Assembly: GCA_964016885.1 (NCBI GenBank)
Contig: OZ024745.1
Coordinates: forward strand, 22,940,001-23,004,000
Length of the DNA stretch: 64,000 nucleotides
Reading direction: 5' to 3'
From: Eledone cirrhosa
Taxonomy: Eukaryota
Shown here in pieces: positions 40,594 through 55,870 of the stretch. The number at the start of each line of letters is the position of its first letter. Position 1 is the first letter of the stretch. Both the position numbers and the translations under genes were made by a program. The notes beneath the pieces are model-generated. The model was given only the letters and a program-made list of their open reading frames with translations, was not told the origin of the DNA and did not search any database.

Positions 40594-40600
<7 letters not shown>
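39720..40600 (-). mobile_element. Penelope-type pLTR with partial tandem and inverted segments, in (TA)n
   Basis: 39720-39945 repeated directly at 40243-40467. 39921-40039 inverted at 40468-40586. Confidence 0.75.
39890..39971 (-). ncRNA. Type I hammerhead-like motif
   Basis: acuuuc CUGAUGA C GGGAUG..cuuc UUCG gaag..CAUUCC A GAAA CUAAUUAG UU^ ggaagu. C-A mismatch at the base of stem II. Confidence 0.65.
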
Positions 40601-40652
<52 letters not shown>

Positions 40653-40719
40653 GTATATATACATACATATATACCATCAGCACTATAAACACAGAGCTGG
40701 CATATCTAAGAAGTGACTA

Positions 40720-40775
40720 ACTGCCTGATGAGGTCATAGCCATTCAATGGCTATCATCGAAATATATATAGCAGT
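40720..40775 (+). ncRNA. Type I hammerhead ribozyme in a 150-bp (TA)n-flanked island (40672-40821)
   Basis: acugc CUGAUGA GGU-c-AUAGCCA uucaa UGGCUAU-c-AUC GAAA UAUAUA UA^ gcagu. Confidence 0.8.
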
Positions 40776-40816
40776 AAATAAAGGATTATGAGTTCATGCA
40801 ATTGACTTATGTTTCG

Positions 40817-40884
<68 letters not shown>

Positions 40885-40934
40885 TACATATATATATATG
40901 TATTTATACATACGTATATATATATGTATATATG

Positions 40935-41016
<82 letters not shown>

Positions 41017-41066
41017 TACATATATATATATGTATTTATACATACGTATATATATATGTATATATG

Positions 41067-41148
<82 letters not shown>

Positions 41149-41193
41149 CATATATACATATATATATATGTATATATACATACATATATATTA

Positions 41194-41270
<77 letters not shown>

Positions 41271-41387
41271 GAGAGAGAGATAGAGAGAGAGGGGCGGGGG
41301 GGGAGAGTTATCTAACTTCCTTAGCCGTCAGAATGAAATTGTATGTTAAGGGTGGTCCCCACTTCTCTCCTTCCTTCTCTCTCTCTC

Positions 41388-41471
<84 letters not shown>

Positions 41472-41714
41472 ACTTTCTCTCCACCCCTACATACTTCTAT
41501 CCCTACATACCAACTTCTCTTAACACTTTATACTCTAGTACAGTCTTGATAAGCGCCAACTTTAAACGCCCTTTTTTATTGTTATTTTGTTGATTTTTGT
41601 TGTTTTTTTTGTTGTTTTATCTTGTTTTACGTTTTGTTTGTTTTTGTTGATTTTGTTTTGTTTGTTTCTTTTTTTTTTCCTTTAATTTCTCTGTTAAAAG
41701 TTGCGGCGAAAACA

Positions 41715-41863
41715 GAGATAATAATAACAACGATAACAGCAACAATAACAACAACAATAATGACAACAACAACAGCAGTTACTAAAACATTAACAACAAC
41801 AACAATAACAATAATAACAACAACAATGTCAACAACGATTGCAACATGTTGATCAGCGTCGGG

Positions 41864-41911
<48 letters not shown>

Positions 41912-42175
41912 AACATCAATATCAACAGCAGTTGCAACAACAACAACAACAACAACAGCAACAGCAATATCAACAACAACAACAACACCAACAACAACAA
42001 CAACAGCAATATCAACAGCAGTTGCAACAACAACAATAACAACAACAACAACAACAGCAATATCAACAACAACAACAACAACAATAACAACAACAGCAAT
42101 ATCAACAACAACAACAACAACAACAACAATATCAACAGCAGTTGCAACAACAACAACAACAACAACAACAACAGT
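41715..42175. repeat. Compound (CAA)n repeat
   Basis: CAA runs with recurring atatcaacagcagttg. Confidence 0.9.
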
Positions 42176-42584
42176 GATAATGTTAGAGGTGTGTATAGGA
42201 AATATATCCAGTATCTCCATATTACATCTAACACAACAAACAATAGTGGGCCTAAAACACCTCCTTGGGGGATTCCACTCTTTATTAATGATTCCTTTGA
42301 GCGACACCCTAGCCTGGCTGTGACACCCTGGCTTCTGTCTTTTATGAAGCTCTGAAGTCACTACAGTCATAGAGAGGGAGAAATATACAGAATGTGAGAG
42401 AGGGGGGAGAGAGGGGGGAGAGAGAGAGGAGAGAGACAGAGAGTGTGGAGGAAAGAGAGAGGGGGAGTGTGTGGGTAAGGTGGAATGGTTCCTGTCGGAG
42501 TATGTACGCTTGCATTTAGAAAAGTTTATATTTGGCGTGCGAATTAGTGCATTATTTATATATATATATATATATATTTATATG

Positions 42585-42732
<148 letters not shown>

Positions 42733-42899
42733 GAGAGGGAGAGAGAGAGAGAGAGAGAGAGATATGTAGGTATGTATGTAGGTATGTGTGCGTAAGTATG
42801 TGTGTATATATATATATATGTATATCTACAGAGAGAGATACATAGATACATATATATACATTCATATATACATACATTCATACATACATACATTCACAC

Positions 42900-45772
42900 C
42901 AACATACATACCTACAACACATCATACATACATACATACAACATACATACATACAACACATCATACATACATACAACACATCATACATACATACAACACA
43001 TCATATATACATACAACACAACATACATACATACAACACATCATACATACATACATACAACACATCATACATACATACAACACATCATACATACATACAA
43101 CACATCATACATACATACATACAACACATCATACATACATACAACACATCATACATACATACAATACATCATACATACATACAACACAACATACATACAT
43201 ACAACACATCATACATACATACAACACATCATACATACATACAACACATCATACATACAACACATCATACATACATACAACACATCATACATACATACAT
43301 ACAACACATCATACATACATACAACACATCATACATACATACAACACATCATACATACATACAACACAACATACATACATACAACACATCATACATACAT
43401 ACAACACATCATACATACATACAACACATCATACATACATACATACATACAACACATCATACATACAACACATCATACATACATACAACACATCATACAT
43501 ACATACAACACATCATACATACATACAACACATCATACATACATACATACAACACATCATACATACATACAACACATCATACATGCATACAACACATCAT
43601 ACATACATACAACTCATCATACATACATACATACATACAACACATCATACATACATACAACACATCATACATACATACATACATACAACACATCATACAT
43701 ACATACATACAACACATCATATATACATACATACATACAACACATCATACATACATACAACACATCATACATACATACAACACATCATACATACATACAA
43801 CACATCATACATACATACATACAACACATCATACATACATACAACACATCATACATACATACATACAACACATCATACATACATACAACACATCATACAT
43901 ACATACAACACATCATACATACATACAACACATCATACATACATACAACACATCATACATGCATACAACACATCATACATACATACAACACATCATACAT
44001 ACATACATACAACACATCATACATAGATACAACACATCATACATACATACATATATACAACACATCATACATGCATACAACACATCATACATACATACAA
44101 CACATCATACATACACACATACATACAACACATCATACATACATACATTCAACACATCATACATACATACATACAACACATCATACATACATACATACAA
44201 CACATCATATATACATACATACATACAACACATCATACATACATACAACACATCATACATACATACAACACATCATACATACATACATACATACAACACA
44301 TCATACATACATACATACAGCACATCATATATACATACATACAACACATCATACATACATACAACACATCATACATACATACATACAACACATCATACAT
44401 ACATACAACACATCATACATACATACAACACATCATACATACATACAACACATCATACATACATACAACACATCATACATACATACATACAACACATCAT
44501 ACATACGTACAACACATCATATATACATACAACACATCATACATACATACAACACATCATACATACATACAACACATCATACATACATACAACACATCAT
44601 ACATACATACAACACAACATACATACATACAACACATCATATATACATACAACACATCATACATACATACAACACAACATACATACATACAACACATCAT
44701 ATATACATACAACACATCATACATACATACAACACATCATATATACATACAACACATCATACATACATACAACACATCATACATACATACATGCAACACA
44801 TCATACATACATACAACACATCATACATACATACATACAACACATCATACATACATACAACACATCATACATACATACAACACATCATATATACATACAA
44901 CACATCATACATACATACAACACATCATACATACATACAACATATCATACATACATGCAACACATCATACATACATACAACACATCATACATACATACAT
45001 ACAACACATCATACATACATACATACATACAACACATCATACATACATACATACATACATGCAACACATCGTATATACATACATACAACACATCAGACTT
45101 ACATACAACACATCATACATACAACACATTATATATACATACAACACATCATACATACATACAACACATCATACATACATACAACACATCATACATACAT
45201 ACATACAACACATCATATATACATACATACAACACATCATACATACATACAACACATCATACATCCATGCATACAACACATCATACATACAACACATCAT
45301 ATATACATACAACACATCATACATACATACAACACATCATACATACATGCAACACATCATACATACATACATACAACACATCATACATACATACATACAA
45401 CACATCATACATACAACACATCATACATACATACAACACATCATACATACATACAACACATCATACATACATACATACAACACATCATACATACATACAT
45501 ACAACACAACATACATACATACAACACATCATACATACATGCATACAACACATCATACATACATACAACACATCATACATAAAACACAACATACATACAT
45601 ACAACACATCATACATACAACACATCATACATACATACAACACATCATACATACATACAACACATCATACATACATACAACACATCATACATACATACAA
45701 CACATCATACATACATACAACACAACATACATACATACAACACAACATACATACATACAACACATCATACAT
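42900..45772. repeat. 20-bp minisatellite ACAACACATC(ATAC)n
   Basis: About 2.9 kb tandem array. The 926-, 618- and 412-aa ORFs are its translations. Confidence 0.95.
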
Positions 45773-46026
45773 ATTGATTATGTACTGTGATAAAACGACT
45801 CACATCTGGAAGTGAGCCTCTATTTAGATGTTATCACGGAATACTCTTGGTATCACTTTATATAAAATATAACGCCGTCTATCATACGACCATCTTTAGC
45901 ACTTTATTCCATCTATCTCTCTATCTCTTATTTTCCCTCTCTTAGTCCCTCTATCTCCCTCTCTCTCTTCCTCTCACTATCTCTCTCTATCTCTCATTTT
46001 CTCTCTCTTTGTCCATCTATCTCTGG

Positions 46027-46074
<48 letters not shown>

Positions 46075-46259
46075 ATCTCGCGCTCTCTCTCCCTCACTCT
46101 CTCTCTATCTATCTATCTATCTCTCATTTCTCTCTCTCTCTCACTCTCTCTCTCTCTATCTCTCATTTTCTCTCTCTTTATCCCTCTATCTCTGTCCCTC
46201 TCTCTCTCTCTCTCTCCCTCTCCCTCTACCTCGCTCTCTCTCTATCTATCTATCTATCA

Positions 46260-46335
<76 letters not shown>

Positions 46336-46676
46336 TCTCTCTATCTCTCATTTTCTCTCTCTTTGTCCCTCTATCTCTGTCCCTCTCTGTCTCTCTTTCT
46401 CCCTCTCCCTCTCCCTCGTTCTCTCTCTCCCTCTCTCTTTCTATCTCTTATTCTTTCTCTCTGACACACACACGCACACACACACATTCTTTCTCGCTCT
46501 ATATACATATATGTATGTGTAAATGTATGTGTTTCCGCCGTACCATGCATACAAACACACAATCATACATAAATACATACACACTCACACATATATGTAT
46601 ATATATATGTATGTAGAAAATGAATTTTACCTACATACCTATATCATGTAGAGTTACGTGATGTATATATACGAAT

Positions 46677-46790
<114 letters not shown>

Positions 46791-47265
46791 TCGTATATAT
46801 ACATCACGTAACTCTACATGGTATAGGTATGTAGGTAAAATTAATATATATATATGTGTGTATATATATATATATGTGTATATATATATATGTATATGTA
46901 AGTATATGTATATATAATGTGTGTGTGTGTATGTATGTGTGTGTGTATCCCACATAGACACTCACCCTCTCTTTCTCTCACTCACACGCACACATTATAT
47001 ATGCATATATACATATATATATATTTACATATATATGCATATATATATATGTATATGTGTGTGTATGTACGCATATATATGTGTGTATGAGAGTGTATTT
47101 ATGTATGTGTGCATTTATTCCTACACACGCATATATGTGCATAGTGGCACACATACACACACATTATTCATGCAACAAAGTATATATCTATTCCATCATA
47201 TACATACTTATGGCTTGAAATTTTGTTTCGCTCTTATTCTTTCACTTTTCTACTAATCATTCTTA

Positions 47266-47375
<110 letters not shown>

Positions 47376-47804
47376 AAATAAATATAGTTTCCATTTATTA
47401 ATATATTGTATATATATATATAAATATATATATGCATATATATACAATATATTAATAAATGGAAACTATATTTATAAAACCATATTTATTTTATTATATA
47501 TATATTTCAAGGGCAGCCTAGGCAAATTATGGTGCGCTTTCATCCGATAAAATACAGATTTGTTTTATAAATAAATATTGACATACCCGGAAAAAAGCCA
47601 ACCTTAACGATTGGAGCTTCCTGGATAGTGGAGATAATATTTTATTGAGGGTAATACAAAGTTATGAGTGAGTATGCAAATGAGTGTCCGAAAAGTTGAA
47701 AAGATAACGGTTTATTTAAATTAAACTGTTGGAAGAGGATGATATGTAAGGGAGAGAGAAAAATGTTTAAGCTTGTTGAATCCCAACAAATTTAATATAA
47801 CCTC

Positions 47805-47889
<85 letters not shown>

Positions 47890-47892
<3 letters not shown>

Positions 47893-48235
47893 CTTAAAAA
47901 TAAGAAGAAAGCAAGAACTGGAGAAGTTTTCCTCACCAGTTGTCTGCTGGGGATCTCGGATATTTCTACGCATTAAAGACAAGATATCTACCCCCAGTGC
48001 GTTCAATAACTGGGTAAGTTATTGGGACAACAAATATAGGATAACAGAAGGGAAAGGGGAAGAAAAGAGAAAAGAGAAAAGAGAAAAAGAGCGAAAAAAA
48101 GCGAAAAAAGTGGAAACAACAAACTGAGGAATGTGTGAGCAACTCGAAGAGAGAAAATTGAAGTCCTACAGTGTGTTACTATTGTGATAAACAGGCGAAT
48201 CTCCAGAATAAATAACGATTTAGCCATAATAAAAT
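47890..48235 (-). mobile_element. (TA)n-adjacent element, family B, structurally homologous to family A
   Basis: Shares the ttgtcc.aataactta..agttatt and gaaatatc...ctg.tgagg layout with 11946-12325. Confidence 0.6.
47926..48031 (-). ncRNA. Candidate non-circularly permuted hammerhead (family B; core CUGGUGA)
   Basis: GUUGUCC-hairpin-ACGCA CUGGGG GUA GAUAU-C^UUGUCU UUAA UGCGUA GAA-AUAUC CGAGAU CCCCAG C-AGACAA CUGGUGA GGAAAAC. Confidence 0.6.
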
Positions 48236-48454
48236 GTATATTTAAACTCTACTTCGGTATTGAGTACTCTTTATTTTCAGATGCATAGATATATGTATAG
48301 AGAGGTAATGTATTCTTCATTCCTGTATCTTTCCATGTCTCCGTCTCTTTCTCCACGTCTATTTGGCTTGACATCAGCCATTCTTACACTCTGACGTCAG
48401 CTGATCTTGAGAGATGTCTAACTTCTTTCTACTTGGAGCGAGAGAGTGAGATAG

Positions 48455-48545
<91 letters not shown>

Positions 48546-48559
48546 TGACATGTTTACAT

Positions 48560-49305
48560 TATACGTAGAAAAGTTAAAACCAGGAGGTTTGCCAATGTAC
48601 CGCCATTTGAGGATCGAAAGCTGTAAGTTGGTGTGATCCAGGATGTATTTGGGGTAAGTACGTTCAGAATGCTGGTGCTCACAAGAAAGAGACCTGAAGA
48701 TCTTATTATAAGAGGCTGATGAATGTGAAGAATGAGTAGATGAAAGGGACACCATCTCCAGTAGATTCAACAAAGGGACTTGTTATCGAAGTTCACGGTT
48801 ACTGGATTAAAGAAGCAATCACTGATATGATAAAGGAAAAAATCTGCTAGACAGTCAATGACAGTCGCTGAGATGGCGAAATTTCTGGTGAAGTCGGAGT
48901 CGAATTAGTCACCCCATAATCTGGGATTGATATCAATGATTGTCATAGCTGTATAATCGTTGTAATCTCACCAGGTGAGACTAAAGTGTTAGGTAATAAA
49001 ATTATCAGAAAGGGTGCTAACACAACTAATTAGGGAAGGAATCAGATTAGAAGAGATCCTGTTTGGCTTTGTGCCAGAAAGGAACAGCACAAATTCCCTC
49101 TTTATAGTGAGACAACTGCAAGATCAGGGCTAGGCGTAGGCCGTTACACTTGTGACAGCAGTGCAAGCTAGGTATAAAGGTGTTGTTAGTAAAGTGAGAA
49201 TCTAGTAAGGGATACAGTGTGCTGGTAGATATGCATCTGGTCTCTGTTCTTAACCCACCCTGATTATTATAGTTCTCGGATAGAAGAGTTTAAGTTCGGC
49301 TCAAT
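48560..49305 (+). mobile_element. Highly decayed RTE-like RT fragment
   Basis: Residual motifs IKEAITDM..., SGEVGVELV, FGFVPERNSTNSLFIVRQLQ, GYSVL....SVL.P. Confidence 0.65.
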
Positions 49306-49309
49306 AAAC

Positions 49310-50405
49310 TAACTACATGGTTCTATAACTACATGGTTCTATAACTACATGGTTCTATGACAGCATGGTTCTATAACTACATGGTTCTATAATTACATGG
49401 TTCTATGACTACATGGTTCTATGACAGCATGGTTCTATAACTACATGGTTCTATGACAGCATGGTTCTATAACTACATGGTTCTATAACTACATGGTTCT
49501 ATAACTACATGGTTCTATGACAGCATGGTTCTATAACTACATGGTTCTATAACTACATGGTTCTATAACTACATGGTTCTATGACAGCATGGTTCTACAA
49601 CTACATGGTTCTATAATTACATGGTTCTATGACTACATGGTTCTATGACAGCATGGTTCTATAACTACATGGTTCTATAACTACATGGTTCTATGACAGC
49701 ATAGTTCTATAACTACATGGTTCTATGACAGCATGGTTCTATAACTACATGGTTCTATAAATACATGGTTCTATAACTACATGGTTCTATGACAGCATGT
49801 TTCTATGAGAGCATGGTTCTATAACTACATGGTTCTATAACTACATGGTTCTATGACAGCATGTTTCTATGAGAGCATGGTTCTATAACTACATGGTTCT
49901 ATAACTACATGGTTCTATGACAGCATGGTTCTATAACTACATGGTTCTATGACAGCATGGTTCTATAACTACATGGTTCTATAACTACATGGTTCTATAA
50001 CTACATGGTTCTATAACTACATGGTTCTATGACAGCATGTTTCTATGAGAGCATGGTTCTATAACTACATGGTTCTATAACTACATGGTTCTATGACAGC
50101 ATGGTTCTATGACAGCATGGTTCTATAACTACATGGTTCTATAACTACATGGTTCTATGAAAGCATGGTTCTATGACAACAGGGTTCTATAACTACATGG
50201 TTCTATGACAGCATGGTTCTATAACTACATGGTTCTATAACTACATGGTTCTATAACTACATGTTTCTATGACAGCATGGTTCTATAACTACATGGTTCT
50301 ATAACTACATGGTTCTATAACTACATGGTTCTATAACTACATGGTTCTATAACTACATGGTTCTATGACTACATGGTTCTGTGACAGCATGGTTCTATGA
50401 TGGTA
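49310..50405. repeat. 16-bp minisatellite (actacatggttctata / acagcatggttctatg)
   Basis: About 68 tandem units of two main variants. Confidence 0.95.
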
Positions 50406-50944
50406 TGGTTATGGTTCTTTGAGGATGGTTCATATAGACGAATCTGTAGAGAGACTAAAGAAGTAATAAATATTGTGAATTTGAAGAATCTCTAACAAAA
50501 ATATCAAAGTTGAGTACAGTCCGTTGTATGATATAAATACGTAAGAATGAAAGGCTATTTCATATTTACACACACACACATACACACACACACACACAAT
50601 GTAAAGAATGATGTGCTCATGTGCAGAGATGCTATAAAATAAGGTGAAAACCCTTAAGAGTTGGGAAAAGAAGTTGCCATTGACCGCTATGAGGAATTGA
50701 ACAACATATCTCCCAGATAACAGCTAGGCGCTTTAAACCATTAAGCTACGGAGGAAAATGTCGCTTGAGCCCTACCATCATCTTACTCCTCCACCTTCAT
50801 TACTTACTTTCCAATCCTGGCTGAGCACACAACCAGCACCCTAGTATTATAAAGTGGTAATGCTGGTGCCACGATAAAATGCACCCAGTCAATCCCACAA
50901 GGTGTTAGTGCTAATCACGATAAAATACATGCATAAATATATAA

Positions 50945-50994
<50 letters not shown>

Positions 50995-51093
50995 ATAATA
51001 ATAAATGTGAAGACTAAAATCCAAAGAGGGCTCGATAAGGGTAAATATATATCAAATATATCAGCGATTCTTTGCTTAAACTTTAATCTGTTA

Positions 51094-51159
<66 letters not shown>

Positions 51160-51173
51160 ATATATATATATAT

Positions 51174-51211
<38 letters not shown>

Positions 51212-51234
51212 ATATATATATATATATATATATA

Positions 51235-51329
<95 letters not shown>

Positions 51330-51497
51330 TCAACACTAACATTCACACACCTATACACGTAAACTTATTCATACTTGCATGCACATACATTATATAATAT
51401 ATATATAATGTATGTATATATATATATATATACTGTATATAGGAACGAGTAGGACCCCGACGGCTGAGCTCAAGCCGTTTCGACGGCTAATTCTGGA

Positions 51498-51546
<49 letters not shown>

Positions 51547-51555
51547 CATATATAT

Positions 51556-52205
51556 AAACGGAAAAATGAAACGAAATTTCATTTCCCACTCTTAGTACGG
51601 CTGATACTTAAATATAAGTATGTATACGTACATACATATATGTATACAGACGTACAGTAGTATGTATATATATATACATACATGCACACATATATATATA
51701 TATGTACGTATGGATTCACCGAACATTTAGGGAAATGAAATTTCGTTTCATTTTTCCGTTTATCGTTTTCGGTGCACCCGGCCGATTAACCCACTCGATA
51801 TGCAAATTGGGCTACTCAGTCGTTAATATACATAAGGAAAGTATATACTTTCAGACGTCCAATCATCTGGCAGGAAGGTATACGTTGCTGATGATAGCTA
51901 ATAAGCTTGAAACTAGTACAGCGTTCCTTTGTCAGTGTTGAACAAACTAGCAACGATGGTTGCTAGACACTACGGCTTAATACAAACACACCGAGCATTA
52001 TAATAAATGTTCGTTGAATCCATACGTACATATATATATGTGTGCATGTATGTATATATATATACATACTACTGTACGTCTGTATACATATATGTATGTA
52101 CGTATACATACTTATATATATATATATATTTATATATATACATATATATATATAAACACACGCGCAGATGTACGTATACGTGGAGATTACAAATTTGTTA
52201 TTGTT
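51556..52205 (+). mobile_element. pLTR-like element with nested inversions
   Basis: 51556-51588 inverted at ~51730-51762. ~51612-51729 inverted at ~52003-52116. Contains an HHR. Confidence 0.65.
51882..51924 (+). ncRNA. Minimal type I hammerhead ribozyme
   Basis: acguug CUGAUGA U AGCU aaua AGCU U GAAA CUAG UA^ cagcgu, with palindromic stem III ACUAGU. Confidence 0.75.
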
Positions 52206-52211
52206 ACATAT

Positions 52212-52297
<86 letters not shown>

Positions 52298-52599
52298 CAT
52301 CTATATATGTGTACACACGTCTCTCTTATTCTCTCATACTCTTTCTACTCTCTCTCCCTCCCTCTCTGCCTCACTCTCTACCTCTCTCCCTCTCTCTCTA
52401 ACTCTCCCTCTCCCTCTCTAACTCTCTCTCTCATTCCTATTCTTCATCAACAATTCTATTATCTCCACAGATGAATTCTTCACCAATGGGATTAATCAGT
52501 GACAGAGGATGGGACCTTCCTCTGGCACTGATATTACACTTGAATCGATTGTTGGAGAAACACTAGAGATGATGATGATGATGGTTATGGCGGCCATCT

Positions 52600-52985
52600 T
52601 AACAACAGCAACAACAACAACGACAGCAACAACAACGACAGCAACAACAACGACAGCAACAACAACGACAGCAACAACAACGACAGCAACAACAACGACA
52701 GCAACAACGACGACGACGACAACCACAATAATATCAATAACAACAACAACGACGATAACACCGACAACAACAACAATATCAATAACAACAACAACAACGA
52801 CAACAACAACAACCACAACAACAATATCAACAACAACAACGACAATAACGACGACAACAACGACAACAACAACCACAACAACAACGACAACAACAACAAC
52901 AACAACCACAACAATAACGACAACAACAACAACCACAACAATAACAACCACCACAACAACAACGACAATAACAACAACAACAACA
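52600..52985. repeat. (CAA/CGA)n compound repeat
   Basis: Trinucleotide runs. Confidence 0.9.
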
Positions 52986-53231
52986 CTAACTTAATCGACT
53001 GGTATTCTACACACCATATGTGATATAGGAAAGTGATATATTCTCTATTATACATACGTGTTAACACCTTGTAGATTTCTGGAATGGTGTGACCCATGAA
53101 CTGACACTCAAACCACAACAAAAGCTTACACGAGGGGAAATAATGGCGTCTATTCTAATAGTATGGAAAATCACGTGGCCTAGTGGCTAGGGGTGTTGGT
53201 CTTACAATCATATTGTTATCTGTTTGATCAC

Positions 53232-53501
53232 GTGAAGGTGCATGGCTTAGTGGTTAGAGTATTGGGCTTGCAATCGAAAGGTTGTGAGTTCAATTCTCGG
53301 ACCGGGTGATGTGTTGTTTCCTTGAGCAAGACACTTTATTTCACGTTGCTCCAGTTTACTCAGCTGTAGAAATGAGATGATAGGACTGGGGTCCCTATCA
53401 TTAAATTACCCAAGACACCTCCAACGAGATATACCTGCATAGGTGTGAGCTGTCACACACACACACACATATAGGTGTGAGCTGTCATACACACACACAC
53501 A
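53232..53501 (+). mobile_element. CORE-like tRNA SINE nested in an older SINE, 12-bp TSD
   Basis: TSD ctgtttgatcac at 53220-53231 and 53502-53513. The host SINE spans ~53172-53760. Confidence 0.8.
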
Positions 53502-54085
53502 CTGTTTGATCACTGGACCGGGCTGTGTGTTATGTTGTTGAGCATACAAAACACCTCATTTCATTTCACGTTGTGCCATTTAACTCAACTGAAAATGTGT
53601 ACCAGCAGTAAGCAGCTAGTGGTTTAACCTTGCAATGGACTAGCGTCCTGTCCAGGGGAAGTATAGTCTTCTTAGACTTGTTACTGTAGGTGTTTAATGC
53701 CGATGAAATTTCGGCAAGTACTGGTCTGATGAGCGTCCGGGTTTGAGACGGAATCACTTGCTTTTGGGGGTTCTTCTCTGAAGACCTTCTGCTGTCCAGC
53801 TCTCCTGAGAATTTCTTATCGATAATAGGGGTTACAAGGAATTGTTGGCCATGATGAGCTATGAAATACTGAACCAATCACTGCCAATGATTATATAGTT
53901 TTTGTTGTTGGTGTTGTTATTTAACCCTAGGTCAGCTGTGTTTAGGCAGACCTATGAGTAAAGACATCTCAATCATGACTATCCAATATATATTTTTTTC
54001 CAGACATTTGCGGTTTAGTGGTTAGAAAATTAGATTCACAATGGTGAGGTTGCGTGTTAATGATATTTGTTTATTATATCTAGTA

Positions 54086-54480
54086 GTGGATTGGCAGGAA
54101 CGGTAGAAGGTCGGACGCCATGCTTTGCATCATAGAGTTACGGCCCTTTACAGTATGAGTTCAATTCCTGCCGAGGTCAACTTTGCCTTTCATCCTTACG
54201 AGGTCGATAAAATAAAGTACCAGTAATGTACTGGGATAATTGCTGGCCTTGTGCCAAAAGTAGAAACAATTATTTCTAGTAGTAGTTAGAGCGGAGGGTT
54301 AGCAGCGTCAGTAGAGTGCCGGACCAACATGTGTTGCTGCCCTTTACGTTCTGAATTCAAATTTCTTTTTATCCTTACGGGGTCGATAAAATAAAGTACC
54401 AGTAACGCACTGGAGTCGGTTTAATCGACATTCCCCTCCCCTAAAATTGTTGGCCTTGTGCCTATATAAGAAACCATTAT
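54086..54480 (+). mobile_element. Two Nin/Deu-type SINE copies
   Basis: Family consensus motifs occur twice. Confidence 0.85.
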
Positions 54481-54483
54481 ATT

Positions 54484-54552
<69 letters not shown>

Positions 54553-54563
54553 CAGCGGCAATA

Positions 54564-54626
<63 letters not shown>

Positions 54627-54653
54627 CAGTAGCAGCAGCAGCAGCAGCGGCAA

Positions 54654-54713
<60 letters not shown>

Positions 54714-54732
54714 CAGCAGCAGCAGCAGCGGC

Positions 54733-54785
<53 letters not shown>

Positions 54786-54803
54786 CAGCAGCAGCAGCGG
54801 CAA

Positions 54804-54853
<50 letters not shown>
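54484..54853. repeat. (TAG)n/(CAG)n compound repeat with ~65-bp higher-order units
   Basis: (tag)n(cag)n cggcaa repeated four times. Confidence 0.9.
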
Positions 54854-55533
54854 AGGCATCGGCGGCGCTGGAGGAGGAGGAGAAGAAGAAGAAGAAGAAG
54901 AAGAAGAAGAAATGGAGTGGGAGGGAGTTCATTTTATCGCCAAGGATTATTATTATATTCTCCTTACTGGAGGAGGCGGGACGGGACGGGGCATGTGAGG
55001 GGGTGAAGTATGTGATATTTTTTCTATCATATTACAGTAGTTTGACGGTACTTAGTAATATCCTATATTTCTTTTATATGGTAATGGTACAGTCCCTAGG
55101 CGGGTATCTCATATAGAGCTAATTATCTGTGAATCATGGAGGAACAGATTAAAAAAATAGCAGATGAAGAATTTAAATATCTAATTTGAGATAGAGAAAG
55201 AGAGAGAGAGAGAGGATGAGTGAAGGAGAGAGAGAGAGAGTGAGAGAGAGCGGGAGTCCGAGAGGGGCGAGAGAGTGGAGAGAGAGAGTGAGGGGGTGAG
55301 AAAGAGAGGAGAGAGAGGGGGTGAGAAAGAGAGGAGAGAGAGGGGGAGTCAGAGAGAGGAGAGAGAGGGGGTGTTGAGAGAGAGAGAGGAGAGAGAGAGA
55401 GGAGAGAGAGGGGGTTGAGCGAGATGATGAGTGAAGGAGAGAGAGGGGGAGAGAGAGATGGGGTTGAGAGAGAGGATGAGTGAAGGAGAGAGAGTGTGAG
55501 AGAGAGGGGGAGTCAGAGAGAGGAGAGAGAGTG

Positions 55534-55565
<32 letters not shown>

Positions 55566-55812
55566 GAGACGTGATGTGGATTGACAAGATATCTAGAGAA
55601 AGAGGGAGAGAGACGGAGTCAGAGGCAGAGAGAGAGAAAGAGAGAGCTGGGAAAAACCGAAGTGACAGAGAGAGATATGGTTTGGCAGGCTATTCTGTAC
55701 CGTAATCTCAGATACGTGGTTCGAGTCGTGCCTAGTCTTGTGCCAACTTGTTTCTTATGATATCCTAGTATTGCACACATTCATAAACACACACATGTAT
55801 ATAAACACACAA

Positions 55813-55870
<58 letters not shown>

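Noticed and set aside
42788-45815. Long ORFs of 926, 618 and 412 aa, plus the many YI/CV/HT/poly-N/poly-T ORFs elsewhere
   Set aside because: They are translations of stop-free micro- and minisatellites.
53712-53762. CTGATGAGCGTC...GACGGAAT as a hammerhead
   Set aside because: GAAA and stem I are missing, and the segment lies in a SINE tail.
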